Made by a program: the position numbers and the translations under genes
Shown: piece after piece, positions 9,828-19,363 of the stretch
How the letters are laid out: every line of letters begins with the position of its first letter
How positions within the stretch are numbered: position 1 is the first letter of the stretch
Virus record (IMG/VR): IMGVR_UViG_3300036834_000189
Coordinates: 32,001-96,000 of that record
Source of the DNA: a virus
Strand: one strand, 5' to 3'
DNA length: 64,000 nucleotides
The notes under the pieces: generated by a model
What the model saw: the letters and a program-made list of their open reading frames with translations, nothing else
Told to the model about the DNA's origin: nothing
Database searches by the model: none

Positions 9828-10373
9828 ATGACATCAGTGATGGCGCGAACATGTTCGTCGTGTACCCTGTGCTGTTGTCTCGTGCCGGTCAAAGAGATCG
9901 GGCTGCCGGCCTTCACACAATGTCCGCAGCTGCAGCCGATGCCCGCCGCGAAGCCGGGCTGCGGGATCTACGCGCAGCGCCCGCGCTCGTGCCGCAACTG
10001 GTCGTGCTTGTGGCTCAAAAATGTTGATTGGGATGACGAGCTGCGCCCCGACCGCTGCGGCGTCGTGTTCGACGAGGTGCCCGACATCATCCGCATCCAG
10101 GACAAGGAACATCCCTGCATGCAGGGCTGGGTGCGCCCCGGTATGCCTGAGGATTTCTGGCAGCGCCAGCCGGTCCTCGCGGTCGTGCTGGCAGCCCTCG
10201 ATCAGAAGCTCGCAATACTGTTCCGGCGCGGTCCGCACAGCGCCTTCGCGGTGTGGCGCGGTGCAACGGGCGAGCTGTGCTTCAGCCCCTCGGGTGAGCC
10301 GCGATCGATGGAGCCGGACGAGAGCCGGCTGCGACGGGCCAGCAAGATGATCGCAACCGCTGGAGGGGACTGA
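9828..10373 (+). CDS. CxxCxxCC (YkgJ-like) cysteine-cluster protein
   Basis: CSSCTLCC...C...CGIYAQRPRSCRNWSCLWL...RPDRCG. Confidence 0.7.
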   Translation: MTSVMARTCSSCTLCCCLVPVKEIGLPAFTQCPQLQPMPAAKPGCGIYAQRPRSCRNWSCLWLKNVDWDDELRPDRCGVVFDEVPDIIRIQDKEHPCMQGWVRPGMPEDFWQRQPVLAVVLAALDQKLAILFRRGPHSAFAVWRGATGELCFSPSGEPRSMEPDESRLRRASKMIATAGGD

Positions 10374-11335
10374 TGATCCGCTGGCGCGCGCTCCTCGACC
10401 ATTGCAACGTCGCGTGGCTCGACCGCGGGCGCAATCTGTCGCGCGGTTGGCTCGCGATCAAGTGTCCGTGGTGCGGACCCGCCGATCCCAGCGCCCATCT
10501 CGGGATCAACGAAGAGAGCGGAATCTACCACTGTCTGCGCAACAACGCGCATCGCGGCAAGTCGCCATATTACCTGCTCGCCGCGCTTGGGGTGCCGCGG
10601 CGCACGATCGACGATGTCCTCGTGGCCTATTCATCGGGTCTGCCGGTTCGTCCAGCTCCGCCGGTGGAGATCCCGCGATCGCGGTTTGCTCAGCGCTGGG
10701 CATCGTTCGCGCCTGCGGCGCACGACGCGCGGGCGCTCGAATACCTTCGAGCCCGTCATTTCTGGCATCCGCGGCGCACGGCCGAGACGTTTGATCTGCG
10801 GGTCGGCAGAGGCAATTACGCTGCGCGGCTGTGGTTCCCGCTGCTGGCGGGCGAGGATGAGGTCGTTGGGTTCACCGGGCGCGCGATGACCGACATCCAG
10901 CCGCGGTATTACACCGAGACCGCCACTCATGTGCTCTACATTCCGCGCGCTCCGCGCCCTAACGATCGGATAATCATCCTGGTCGAAGGGCCATTCGACG
11001 CGTTGCGGCTTGCCGATGCGACGATTGATCGTTATGATGTTTTTGTTGCCGCACTCTGTGGGGCAGCGCTGACAGAAACCAAGAAACGCCAAGTCCGTTG
11101 GCTGTCCGATACCATTCCCCGCTTGTTTCTCGTTCTCGACCGCATCTTGAGCGACGCGACAAAAACGCCGACTGAAATCAATGATGCTCAGATTACCGCC
11201 GTAGATGCCAATCGCTTGGTAAAAGAGCTGCACATCTCTACGGGTCAGCGCACTGAGCTGCCCGAGGGGATCAAGGATCCGGGGGAAATGACCAACCATG
11301 ACATTTACCAATGGTTGAACCGCCTCCTCGCCTGA
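10373..11335 (+). CDS. DNA primase (Zn finger plus TOPRIM)
   Basis: CPWC zinc finger, VVGFTGRA, ILVEGPFDAL and KDPGEM. Confidence 0.85.
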   Translation: MIRWRALLDHCNVAWLDRGRNLSRGWLAIKCPWCGPADPSAHLGINEESGIYHCLRNNAHRGKSPYYLLAALGVPRRTIDDVLVAYSSGLPVRPAPPVEIPRSRFAQRWASFAPAAHDARALEYLRARHFWHPRRTAETFDLRVGRGNYAARLWFPLLAGEDEVVGFTGRAMTDIQPRYYTETATHVLYIPRAPRPNDRIIILVEGPFDALRLADATIDRYDVFVAALCGAALTETKKRQVRWLSDTIPRLFLVLDRILSDATKTPTEINDAQITAVDANRLVKELHISTGQRTELPEGIKDPGEMTNHDIYQWLNRLLA

Positions 11336-11859
11336 CGCGTCCGCAGTATCAGCCGTTGTGGCAGGGACCTTTCGAGGCGTGGTCGCGGCAGTTTGTCGCC
11401 AAGAACCATTGGCGGGTCGCGGCGCTGTGTGAATTCGACGACGCAGTGCAGGAGTGCGCCGTGGTATTTGCGCGTTGCGCCAAATTGTACTACGGCAAGG
11501 TCGACAATGCGGCGTGGTTCATGGCGCTCTACAAGGCCGCGGTCGTCAACTATTTCAATACCTTGGCGAAGAAAAATAAAAAGGCTGCAGAGAGCAGCAA
11601 GACCGCGCCGCCGCGCTATGCTGACGGCGAGGCTGTCGACTGGTCGAGCGGGCCGCTATTGGCGCTGCTCAACCAAGCTTCCGTCGAGCTGCGGGAAGTG
11701 CTGATCGTCATCGCTGCCGCGCCGAGCGAATTGCTGACCCTGATGCTGGCGGGCTCGAAAAGCGACGCGGCGGCATGGTCGCGCGCCTTGTGCCGCTTGG
11801 CGCGGACCAGGCGGGTGCGCAACGACCTGCTCTTTGAGTTGCGCAACCTGCTCGAATGA
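11311..11859 (+). CDS. putative phage sigma-factor-like protein (sigma70 region 2-like)
   Basis: DDAVQE..VVF......Y....F.ALY..AV.NY pattern; weak. Confidence 0.5.
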   Translation: MVEPPPRLTRPQYQPLWQGPFEAWSRQFVAKNHWRVAALCEFDDAVQECAVVFARCAKLYYGKVDNAAWFMALYKAAVVNYFNTLAKKNKKAAESSKTAPPRYADGEAVDWSSGPLLALLNQASVELREVLIVIAAAPSELLTLMLAGSKSDAAAWSRALCRLARTRRVRNDLLFELRNLLE

Positions 11860-11890
11860 TTCAGTATATCCATGAAAGGGAGAAATCGGC

Positions 11891-12589
11891 GTGCCTACCG
11901 CATTCGAAGCTCTGCTAGCCACTGCGCGCAAAGCCAAAGCTCGGTTTTTGCCGCTCGGCAAAGACGAAGACGACGCGGCATACTTCAGCCGCCTGGCGCA
12001 GGCTGTGTCGGCGTCGACCAAAGAGGCGTTCGACGCGATGCCGGCTGCTGCGCAGACTTGGTTTGACGAGACTGCCGATGCGCTGTCGGAGGGGCGGCAG
12101 CTCATGCCGCCCGAGGGCTACAATCGTGATTTTTTTGCCCCCGTGAAAGAGCACAAGCCGGTAATGATGCGGCCGGTCGCCAACCGGCCGTCAGCTGCTG
12201 CGGCAGAAGCCGCGGAAACGGCAGCGGTGGAAACCGAGGCCGAAGCCGATGAGCCTGCGGTTGATGAAGATGAGCCCGAGACGGTAGTAGACGAACCGCC
12301 GAAGGCGGCGCGAAAAAGGGTGGCGCGCGGCGTCGCGGCGGCGCCTGTCCCGACACGCGGACGCGTGCGCAAGGCGGCGAGCCCGCCGGTTGTGGACGGG
12401 CCGGTTTCGATCGCGACTCGGACCCGCCAGCTCGTCATCGCCAATGAGAAGGCGTCGCCGGACGAGATCCTCAAAATGCTGCGCGACGAGGGCATCGACA
12501 TGACCGAGCGGCGTCAGACGGTCACGGCGGTTCGCTATGTCACGCTGCTGACCCTAAGACTCGCGCGGGAAGCGGGCAAGATGCGTTAG
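11891..12589 (+). CDS. hypothetical protein
   Basis: GGGAGA RBS and GTG start; acidic low-complexity linker. Confidence 0.6.
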   Translation: MPTAFEALLATARKAKARFLPLGKDEDDAAYFSRLAQAVSASTKEAFDAMPAAAQTWFDETADALSEGRQLMPPEGYNRDFFAPVKEHKPVMMRPVANRPSAAAAEAAETAAVETEAEADEPAVDEDEPETVVDEPPKAARKRVARGVAAAPVPTRGRVRKAASPPVVDGPVSIATRTRQLVIANEKASPDEILKMLRDEGIDMTERRQTVTAVRYVTLLTLRLAREAGKMR

Positions 12590-12593
12590 GGCG

Positions 12594-13571
12594 ATGATTT
12601 TATGTACGTCTGACTTGCATTTAACAGATCGCGCCGAAGATGACTACCGGTGGGCGGTCTTCGACGCGATCGCCGCGAGCCTCGATCGCTATCCAAGCAT
12701 CACGGCGATCTACATCCTCGGCGACGCCTGGGACCGCCGCGACCGCCACAGCGCGGTGCTGGTCAACCGCACGGTGACGGAATTCACCAGGATTGCCGAG
12801 CGCGTGCCGCTGACCGTGCTGCGCGGCAACCACGACACGCCATTGCGCGACCCGGCATTCTGGCAATTCCTCAACGAGTTCAGAGACCTCGATTATGTCA
12901 CTGAGCCGACCGTTCGCCAACGCCTGCTGCTCGCGCCGTTCACCGCGACCCCGAAGCAGACGTGGCACGGCATCCGCTTTCGCGACCATGCGGCGCTGTT
13001 CATGCATGCGACAGTCTCGGGGGCGGTGTTTGAGAACGGCACGGTCATGGAGCACGCCGATTTTCCGCTCCTCCCGCGCAGCCTCAAGGTTTACAGCGGC
13101 GATGTCCACGTCCCGCAGCAAATCGGCGGCATCACCTATGTCGGCGCGCCGCATCCGATCCGCTTTGGCGACCGGTATAAGTGTCGTATGTTGGTGCTCG
13201 ACGACCATTTCGATATCGCGCACGAGATCATCCTGCATCCACAGCAGAAGATCATGGCCGACATCACCAGCCTCGCCGACTTGATTTATTTGGGAGCTGC
13301 ACCCGGGGATCAAGTGAAGATCCGGTTTGCCGCCTCGCCTGCCGATGTCGAGAACTGGGGACAGATCGAGGCCGCGCTGGCGAGCTGGGCCGTCGACAAT
13401 CGAGTCACCATTACCGGCACTGAGGTTGCGTTGACTGCTCCCCGACCCGGCGGCGCATTGGAGGTCCTGGGGACACCCGAACAGATTTTGCGCGATTTTG
13501 CGGCGCACGAGCGGCTCACCGAAGAGCTGTTGACCACGGGATTGAGCTTGCTCACAGAGGTTCAAGGGTGA
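12594..13571 (+). CDS. metallophosphoesterase, SbcD/Mre11 (T4 gp47)-like nuclease
   Basis: SDLH, GD.WD, GNHD, H and GDVH calcineurin-like motifs. Confidence 0.85.
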   Translation: MILCTSDLHLTDRAEDDYRWAVFDAIAASLDRYPSITAIYILGDAWDRRDRHSAVLVNRTVTEFTRIAERVPLTVLRGNHDTPLRDPAFWQFLNEFRDLDYVTEPTVRQRLLLAPFTATPKQTWHGIRFRDHAALFMHATVSGAVFENGTVMEHADFPLLPRSLKVYSGDVHVPQQIGGITYVGAPHPIRFGDRYKCRMLVLDDHFDIAHEIILHPQQKIMADITSLADLIYLGAAPGDQVKIRFAASPADVENWGQIEAALASWAVDNRVTITGTEVALTAPRPGGALEVLGTPEQILRDFAAHERLTEELLTTGLSLLTEVQG

Positions 13572-13578
13572 CAGTCGA

Positions 13579-15312
13579 ATGACTGTACAAATTCTCGTTG
13601 GGCACGTTCTTTCGCGTCTCAGAGAATTGCCTGACGAGAGCGTGCACTGCGTCGTCACCTCGCCGCCATACTACGGCCTTAGATCCTACGGCGTAGAGCC
13701 GCAGGTATGGGGCGGCGGTAAGGATTGTCGACACGATTTTCAAATGGAGGAGATCGGCACCGAGATCGGAAAAGGCAACTGGACACAAGCGACGGGCGGT
13801 TCTGACTGGGCCGCCGGTGTGCGTAACAAGGTGACGGCCGAGCATCGCGAACCGATTCGCGAGGTCAAAGAGCGTGGCTTCTGCCGCCGCTGTGGCGCCT
13901 GGCGCGGCGACCTGGGGCTGGAGCCGACAGTCGAGTTGTACATCGCCCATCTGGTCGAGGTGTTTCGCGAGGTCCGCCGGGTGCTGTGCAAGGACGGCAC
14001 GCTGTGGGTGAATCTGGGCGATTCTTACGCTGGCGGCGGTGGGTTTTCGGCTGGAGCGCCATCATCGGAGCATAGCAAATCCGGGAAGTACGGCACGCTT
14101 GGCGCATTGAAGAGCGGCGGCATTAAACCAAGCGGTACGATCAAGCCGAAGGATCTGTTGCTAATGCCGGCGCAGCTGGCGCTGGCGCTGCGGGCCGATG
14201 GGTGGGTGCTGAGATCGGAGATTGTGTGGGCGAAGGCTGCGCCTATGCCAGAAAGCGTGACCGATCGGGCCACGTGCGCGCATGAGAAAATCTTTATGCT
14301 CGCGAAATCGAATCAAACGACATTCTGGACGCACCGCGACCACGCAGGATCGAGGACGAAGCCGGCGCCGGATTATCGTTGGGTCGACCACGACAACGAT
14401 GATACGGAGACGGACATCGAGCCACCAAACTGGCGCACGGAGCCTGCCGCAGTCAAAGTGCCGGCACACCCAAAGAATTCGTTCAGCTCGGATACTGACG
14501 ACTCCAATAGAGCGCCAGGCATGTCGTGGGCTGGGCATTTCCGCAAGCGCTGGTCACGCATCAACCTCTGGGCCGCGCACGATTATTTCTTCGACAACGA
14601 GGCGGTGAAGGAAGAGGCGGAATATCCGAATGGGCCGAATGCACCCGACGCCATCAAGTCGCCCTATGGGCAGGGGTTTATGCGCCGGGCGCCGCTGATC
14701 AGCGAGAACCGCAAGGATCTGAGATCGGATATTGAGAGCCGTCACCGATCGTCAATCGATGGCGGCCAATCGCTACAGGTCAAACCGGACGGCAAGCGCA
14801 ACATGCGCAACGTCTGGCACCTCGGCCCCGAGCCCTTCCCCGAGGCGCACTTCGCAACATACCCGACCGAGATCCCGCGCCGCGCGATCCTCGCCGGCAC
14901 CAGCGCTAAGGGTGTCTGCCCGAAATGCGGGGCGCCTTGGGTGAGGGTGGTTGAGAAGAAATCATTCGCTCGCGCGATGGATCGGCTTTACGGCGGAACG
15001 CTCGGTCACAATCCGAGCGGTACGGTTCCCGGCAGTAATACGCGCGGCTGCCCAGATCCGGAGACGCAGACCATTGGCTGGCGCCCCTCCTGCTCCTGCG
15101 ATGCGGGCGATCCGCAACCGGCCACAGTGCTCGACCCGTTTCTCGGCAGCGGCACTACTGCGATGGTCGCCAATTGGTTTGGTCGTGATTGCATCGGCAT
15201 CGAATTGAACGAGGAGTATGCGGTAATGGCTGAATACCGCTCCCGTGGAGAGCCGCCGCCGCCGTCCGAATTGGCTGTTCCGACCGCGTTCGGCGCGCTG
15301 CTGCATTGGTGA
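13579..15312 (+). CDS. N4-cytosine/N6-adenine DNA methyltransferase (beta class) with large insertions
   Basis: VVTSPPYY catalytic motif, HFATYP, and VLDPFLGSGTT SAM-binding motif. Confidence 0.9.
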   Translation: MTVQILVGHVLSRLRELPDESVHCVVTSPPYYGLRSYGVEPQVWGGGKDCRHDFQMEEIGTEIGKGNWTQATGGSDWAAGVRNKVTAEHREPIREVKERGFCRRCGAWRGDLGLEPTVELYIAHLVEVFREVRRVLCKDGTLWVNLGDSYAGGGGFSAGAPSSEHSKSGKYGTLGALKSGGIKPSGTIKPKDLLLMPAQLALALRADGWVLRSEIVWAKAAPMPESVTDRATCAHEKIFMLAKSNQTTFWTHRDHAGSRTKPAPDYRWVDHDNDDTETDIEPPNWRTEPAAVKVPAHPKNSFSSDTDDSNRAPGMSWAGHFRKRWSRINLWAAHDYFFDNEAVKEEAEYPNGPNAPDAIKSPYGQGFMRRAPLISENRKDLRSDIESRHRSSIDGGQSLQVKPDGKRNMRNVWHLGPEPFPEAHFATYPTEIPRRAILAGTSAKGVCPKCGAPWVRVVEKKSFARAMDRLYGGTLGHNPSGTVPGSNTRGCPDPETQTIGWRPSCSCDAGDPQPATVLDPFLGSGTTAMVANWFGRDCIGIELNEEYAVMAEYRSRGEPPPPSELAVPTAFGALLHW

Positions 15313-15316
15313 AACT

Positions 15317-16447
15317 GTGAAAGCGCGCGACCTACATCGCGACCTCGATCTGTTTCGCCTGCTGGTCAGCCGCAACGCGATGTCACCGGCGTACCGCGCG
15401 CTGGTCCTGGCCAAGGACCATGTCCGCGGCTGCGCGCCGTTCGGCGCGATGCGCTGCGCCGCGGCGCTGGGGTTTGCCGACGAAGTCTGGGTCGACGGCG
15501 ACGACTTTCTCAAGGTTATCGCGTCCTTGCCGGACAAAGAGTTCACCGCCGAGATCCGCGACCACGCGCTGCACTGGGAATGCCTCGAAGATGCGCATGA
15601 AGGTCGAGCGCAGCGCGTGCTGATCCGCGGGCATCTGGCTTTGATGACCGAGCAGCTCGACGTGCCGCCGCCGGTTTACGACCATGACTTGTCGAGCGAT
15701 CCGGTCTCCGAGCATTTTGGTGCCGGGCTCGAATTAGGATCATTGTCGTGCGGGCCGATAGCGATGCGCACGCTCGGGCTCTATGGCGTGCAGATCAAGA
15801 ATGTCGGCGACCGGGCTTATGCCTATGCCAGCGACGACACGACAATGTCGGGATGCTCGCTCGGCGGCCCGCTGTTCACCAGCGATGGAGCGCCCGGCAT
15901 CATCACGTTGTCGCTCAACGCCACGGCGCTGCTGGCAGCGGTGGTCAAGCGCGACAAGACCGCTTATCTGGCGGCTGACAACGCGTCGCTCTACTGCCTG
16001 ACCGAGAACGGTGGCGTGCTGGCGACCGAGCTGCTGCTCAACCAAGCCGATTCGCTGCGCGGCGACATCGGTGCGCTGCTCGCCCGGTTTGCCGGTTCGC
16101 AGCACGCGCTGCGCCTGCATCGCGACGCGGTGGCGGCGTTTCTCCGCCGGGCCGAGGCATTGGCCGAGCAGCAGCGCGACGCGGTTGTCGAATTCTCCGT
16201 GGTCGATGGTGAAACCCGTTTGGCATTTAACGAGCTGACCGGGTCGACCGAAGAATACCATGTGGTCCCCGACAGCGACCCCGATCTCAACATCCCCCCG
16301 GTACGGGTGGATGCCGACCGCATCGCCAAGGCGCTCGGTCACGCCGACCGGATGGTGTTTGATTATGCCGTCAGCGACAAGATTCTGATCCTCCGCGGGG
16401 ACCACGATTTTGCTTTTGCCATCTTTGGCAGGCGCGATCGTGAATAG
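15317..16447 (+). CDS. hypothetical protein, possibly a sliding-clamp (beta-clamp-like) subunit
   Basis: About 376 aa with an alpha/beta pattern, in a replication module that also has a clamp loader. No diagnostic motif. Confidence 0.35.
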   Translation: MKARDLHRDLDLFRLLVSRNAMSPAYRALVLAKDHVRGCAPFGAMRCAAALGFADEVWVDGDDFLKVIASLPDKEFTAEIRDHALHWECLEDAHEGRAQRVLIRGHLALMTEQLDVPPPVYDHDLSSDPVSEHFGAGLELGSLSCGPIAMRTLGLYGVQIKNVGDRAYAYASDDTTMSGCSLGGPLFTSDGAPGIITLSLNATALLAAVVKRDKTAYLAADNASLYCLTENGGVLATELLLNQADSLRGDIGALLARFAGSQHALRLHRDAVAAFLRRAEALAEQQRDAVVEFSVVDGETRLAFNELTGSTEEYHVVPDSDPDLNIPPVRVDADRIAKALGHADRMVFDYAVSDKILILRGDHDFAFAIFGRRDRE

Positions 16448-16561
16448 CCGTAGAAATCGCCGCCCGCGCCCGCTGAGCCGCCTCTCTGACGGGAGCGCGG
16501 CATACATGGCTCAGCCCGCCTCGTGCCTCCCAGCGTCAGGAGAACGGCTTGTAGAGCATTT

Positions 16562-16758
16562 TGTCGGTAATTTTTACAGGGTGGAAACAGCCGGCTTGCG
16601 CGAATGGTGTGCCGGCGCAACGGCTCGGTGTTCAAGCACCCGATTCGTGCCCGATTCGTTCTGTAAAAAGATTTTACACTCGCGTTTAACGAGTGCCCGG
16701 CACAACCCGGAAAATCCCAGCAAATCGGTCATTTTTCGCAAATGGCATAGAGCTTGCT
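16562..16758 (+). promoter_or_regulatory. sigma54 promoter with two TGT-N11-ACA enhancer-like sites
   Basis: TGGCATAGAGCTTGCT (-24 GG/-12 GC) at 16743-16758; TGTCGGTAATTTTTACA at 16562; TGTAAAAAGATTTTACA at 16662. Confidence 0.75.
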
Positions 16759-16826
16759 CTAAAGGCTTGCAGGGGTTGTTCCGTGCTCTATTGTGGGGCG
16801 CGTGAGACAATGAAACAGAGGATGTC

Positions 16827-17546
16827 ATGAAAAATCTGTTGCTCGCGGGTGCGGTTGTTACCAGCGTTTGCGCCGCCGGGTCATCCGCTCGCGCTAGTGA
16901 GATCTTTTTCGGCTCGTTTCCAACGCCGGGCGGGTGCGGCGCGATCGTTGCCGGCGACCAAGGCGCGGTTTGCCCCTCGGGATTGCAATTTGCCGGCGGC
17001 ACCGCGGGCACCTTGACAGTCAGCGGGACTCTTGGCAATCCCAACACCAGCGCTGTGGCTTTCACGACGTTCAAGGGTACGCAGAATGCGCTCGACGAGC
17101 AGGGCATCGGCGAGAACAACCTAGGTCCCCCGGCCCCGTGCAACACCACCGACTGCGAGATCGGCGGCGGCGCTTCGGTGGTGGTCGCTGCGGGCATGCC
17201 GCTCAGTCAGGTCGATGTTATCGTCAGTTCGGTGCAGGGCTTCGAGTCGTTCAACGTCTGGGCGGGCAATTCTCGGGGCTCTTTGGTCGAAATCGCAAGC
17301 GGGCTGAACGCCAGCAATTGCGTTTTGTTCCCTGGTCAGACCGACGTGTGTGTAGTCGATCTGACGACACCGGCCACGACGATCGCGATCGAGTCGAACA
17401 ATTCGCTCGTGGCCGCAGCTGACGTGCTGTTGGCGGCGGTCTCGACCGCGGCACCGACCGGCGTCTCCGAGCCCGGCTCGCTGGCGATCCTTGGCGGCGC
17501 GTTACTGTCTCTCGGCTGGATGATTCGACGGCGCTGGCAGTCGTAG
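16827..17546 (+). CDS. PEP-CTERM sorting-domain protein
   Basis: N-terminal signal peptide; C-terminal VSEPGSLAILGGALLSLGWMIRRR. Confidence 0.85.
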   Translation: MKNLLLAGAVVTSVCAAGSSARASEIFFGSFPTPGGCGAIVAGDQGAVCPSGLQFAGGTAGTLTVSGTLGNPNTSAVAFTTFKGTQNALDEQGIGENNLGPPAPCNTTDCEIGGGASVVVAAGMPLSQVDVIVSSVQGFESFNVWAGNSRGSLVEIASGLNASNCVLFPGQTDVCVVDLTTPATTIAIESNNSLVAAADVLLAAVSTAAPTGVSEPGSLAILGGALLSLGWMIRRRWQS

Positions 17547-17600
17547 GCTGCGGCAGCGCTTCTTTATGTGCTACGCCTCGATTGGGGCGCGGATTGAAAC

Positions 17601-17682
17601 CACTAAGCCACGAGCGGTGAGAGAACCATAGTAGGCGAGCGAGCCAACAAGGCGGAGGGCACCACTGAGCCAGAGCGAGCCA
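17601..17682 (+). repeat. TIGR-like dual-repeat mini-array 2 (2 units)
   Basis: (cactaagcca) cgagcggt GAGAGAACCA tagtaggc GAGCGAGCCA acaaggcg GAGGGCACCA ctgagcca GAGCGAGCCA. Confidence 0.8.
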
Positions 17683-17699
17683 CGAGGGGGGCTTTTAAC

Positions 17700-17915
17700 A
17701 TGCGTTGGACGATGCGCCGCAAAGCCAACGTGATCGAGGCGATCGAGGAAGGCCGGATCGACGAGGCAACGGCGCTGCGGCAGTATGAGCTTTCTCGGGA
17801 AGAACTGGCCGAGTGGCGGAGGTATTACGACCCGCATGGTGTGACGGGACTAAGGGCGACGTGGACGCAGCGCTACCGCCTGGCAGACACCAAGCGGCGC
17901 AATGGCGAATCCTAA
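17700..17915 (+). CDS. sciP: SciP-like CtrA inhibitor (DUF1153)
   Basis: RWTMRRKANVIEAIEEG......A...Y.LS.EE..EW......HG..GLR.T..Q.YR matches the SciP/DUF1153 pattern. Confidence 0.85.
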   Translation: MRWTMRRKANVIEAIEEGRIDEATALRQYELSREELAEWRRYYDPHGVTGLRATWTQRYRLADTKRRNGES

Positions 17916-18174
17916 GCCGCGCGTGGTCGTTGACGAGACCGCTTTTCGCGACCTTGTCGACGGCCGCGCGGTCGCCCTGACCCTCAGCGACGGAACCAAG
18001 TTCGACATGATCCTGTCCGACATCGGCTGGGCGCGCATGCTGCTGACGATCGATGATGCTCGCGGTCTTCCCCGCAATATCGTGAGCCTTGATCCAGAAG
18101 ACGACGATGACTGAAGCGCATTGCCGATGGTACTGCTACCCCAGTCATGGTCCTCCTGTACAAAAGCGGGCAAT

Positions 18175-18250
18175 GCCCAGGTAGCTCAGCTGGTAGAGCA
18201 CCGGATCTGTAATCCGCGAGGCGTCGGTTCAAATCCGGCCCTGGGCGCCA
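18175..18250 (+). tRNA. tRNA-Thr(TGT), atypical
   Basis: 76 nt. Acceptor stem GCCCAGG/CCTGGGC, D arm GCTC/GAGC, anticodon loop TCTGTAA, T loop TTCAAAT, encoded CCA. Confidence 0.85.
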
Positions 18251-19363
18251 AGCTGTCTTTTAGGCCACCTGTTTTACGTCAAGCGCTGACGCATCATGTC
18301 CGCGAAGTCGAGGTAATGCCTGCTCATCTCCAAGAACAGATCGCAGAGTTCATCGGGCTGCTCGTTGTTCTTGGACATTCTCGCCAAGCCCGCCATGTCG
18401 CGGGCGGCCTCCTGACAGTGCTCTATCCAACTCAGCACCTCGGGGGAAGTGCTGACTTTTCTTAATTCGATGGCAGTGCAAATGAGCAGCTTGATCATCG
18501 CATCGATACTGTCGATCAACTGATCTTCCGCCGCTCTGTCTGATTTCCTGCTCATTTGCACGCGGGGCTCCTAAACTTTTGAACGAGGCAGATCTTCGAG
18601 CTTGACTGGGTTTACGCACGACCCGGTCGCATGCGCACCTCGGCGGTCGGGGCCAGCCGGTTGATTTCATCCACGCGTAACGGCTTTCTCCAATGCATGG
18701 CCACTGCGGCCATAGCAAGCACGGCAGTCAGCTGCTCTTCAATCCATGGGTCTGCGGTGCCGAGACCGTAAGCTATCCGGTCACGTGCCGCTTCAGCCTT
18801 GCGCAGTGCGGCCCGGCTCCAACGGAGCACGGGAATCGGCGGCTGACCCCGATGACCCCACAGCGCGATGCTGAGATGGTATAGCGGCCGACCGCCGGCA
18901 TAAACACTTCATTCTTGTCCTATATTGCAGGTCAGCACAAAGCTCAGCCGGTCTTCCCGCCAACCGTGGTCGCGAGTGATGTCACGGTCTGGGTCGTAGA
19001 CCGGGTGCGCCAGAGCGTAGGCTACGTGACTGTTCATCTGGCAAATCCTTTTCGATTTCGTCTGCCATCCTGCGGAGCAACGCCGGCAAACTTAGTGTCG
19101 TGGCCTTGTCTGCCTGGACACTGAAACCGCTGCCGTGTCTCCCGTTGAAAACGATAACGATCACCCCTTCTGCGTTTGTGTTTTCGCGAACGGTCGTGGC
19201 GAAATCGTCGTACTTCCCTGGTCCTTGGGCCAATGTTTGTCAACTCCTCCTCGTGGCCGGGGGGGTAAGGAACGGCAGCTGCCGCCATCGTAAATCGATT
19301 CAGTAGGTTCTGTACAGAGGTGCAGTTTGAAACGTGTATAAGTAGGTGGTTGGGAGGGGACCG

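Noticed and set aside
13579-15312. Intein in the unusually long methyltransferase
   Set aside because: No intein splice-junction motifs (C...HN) or LAGLIDADG motifs seen; the extra length looks like loop and Zn-ribbon insertions.
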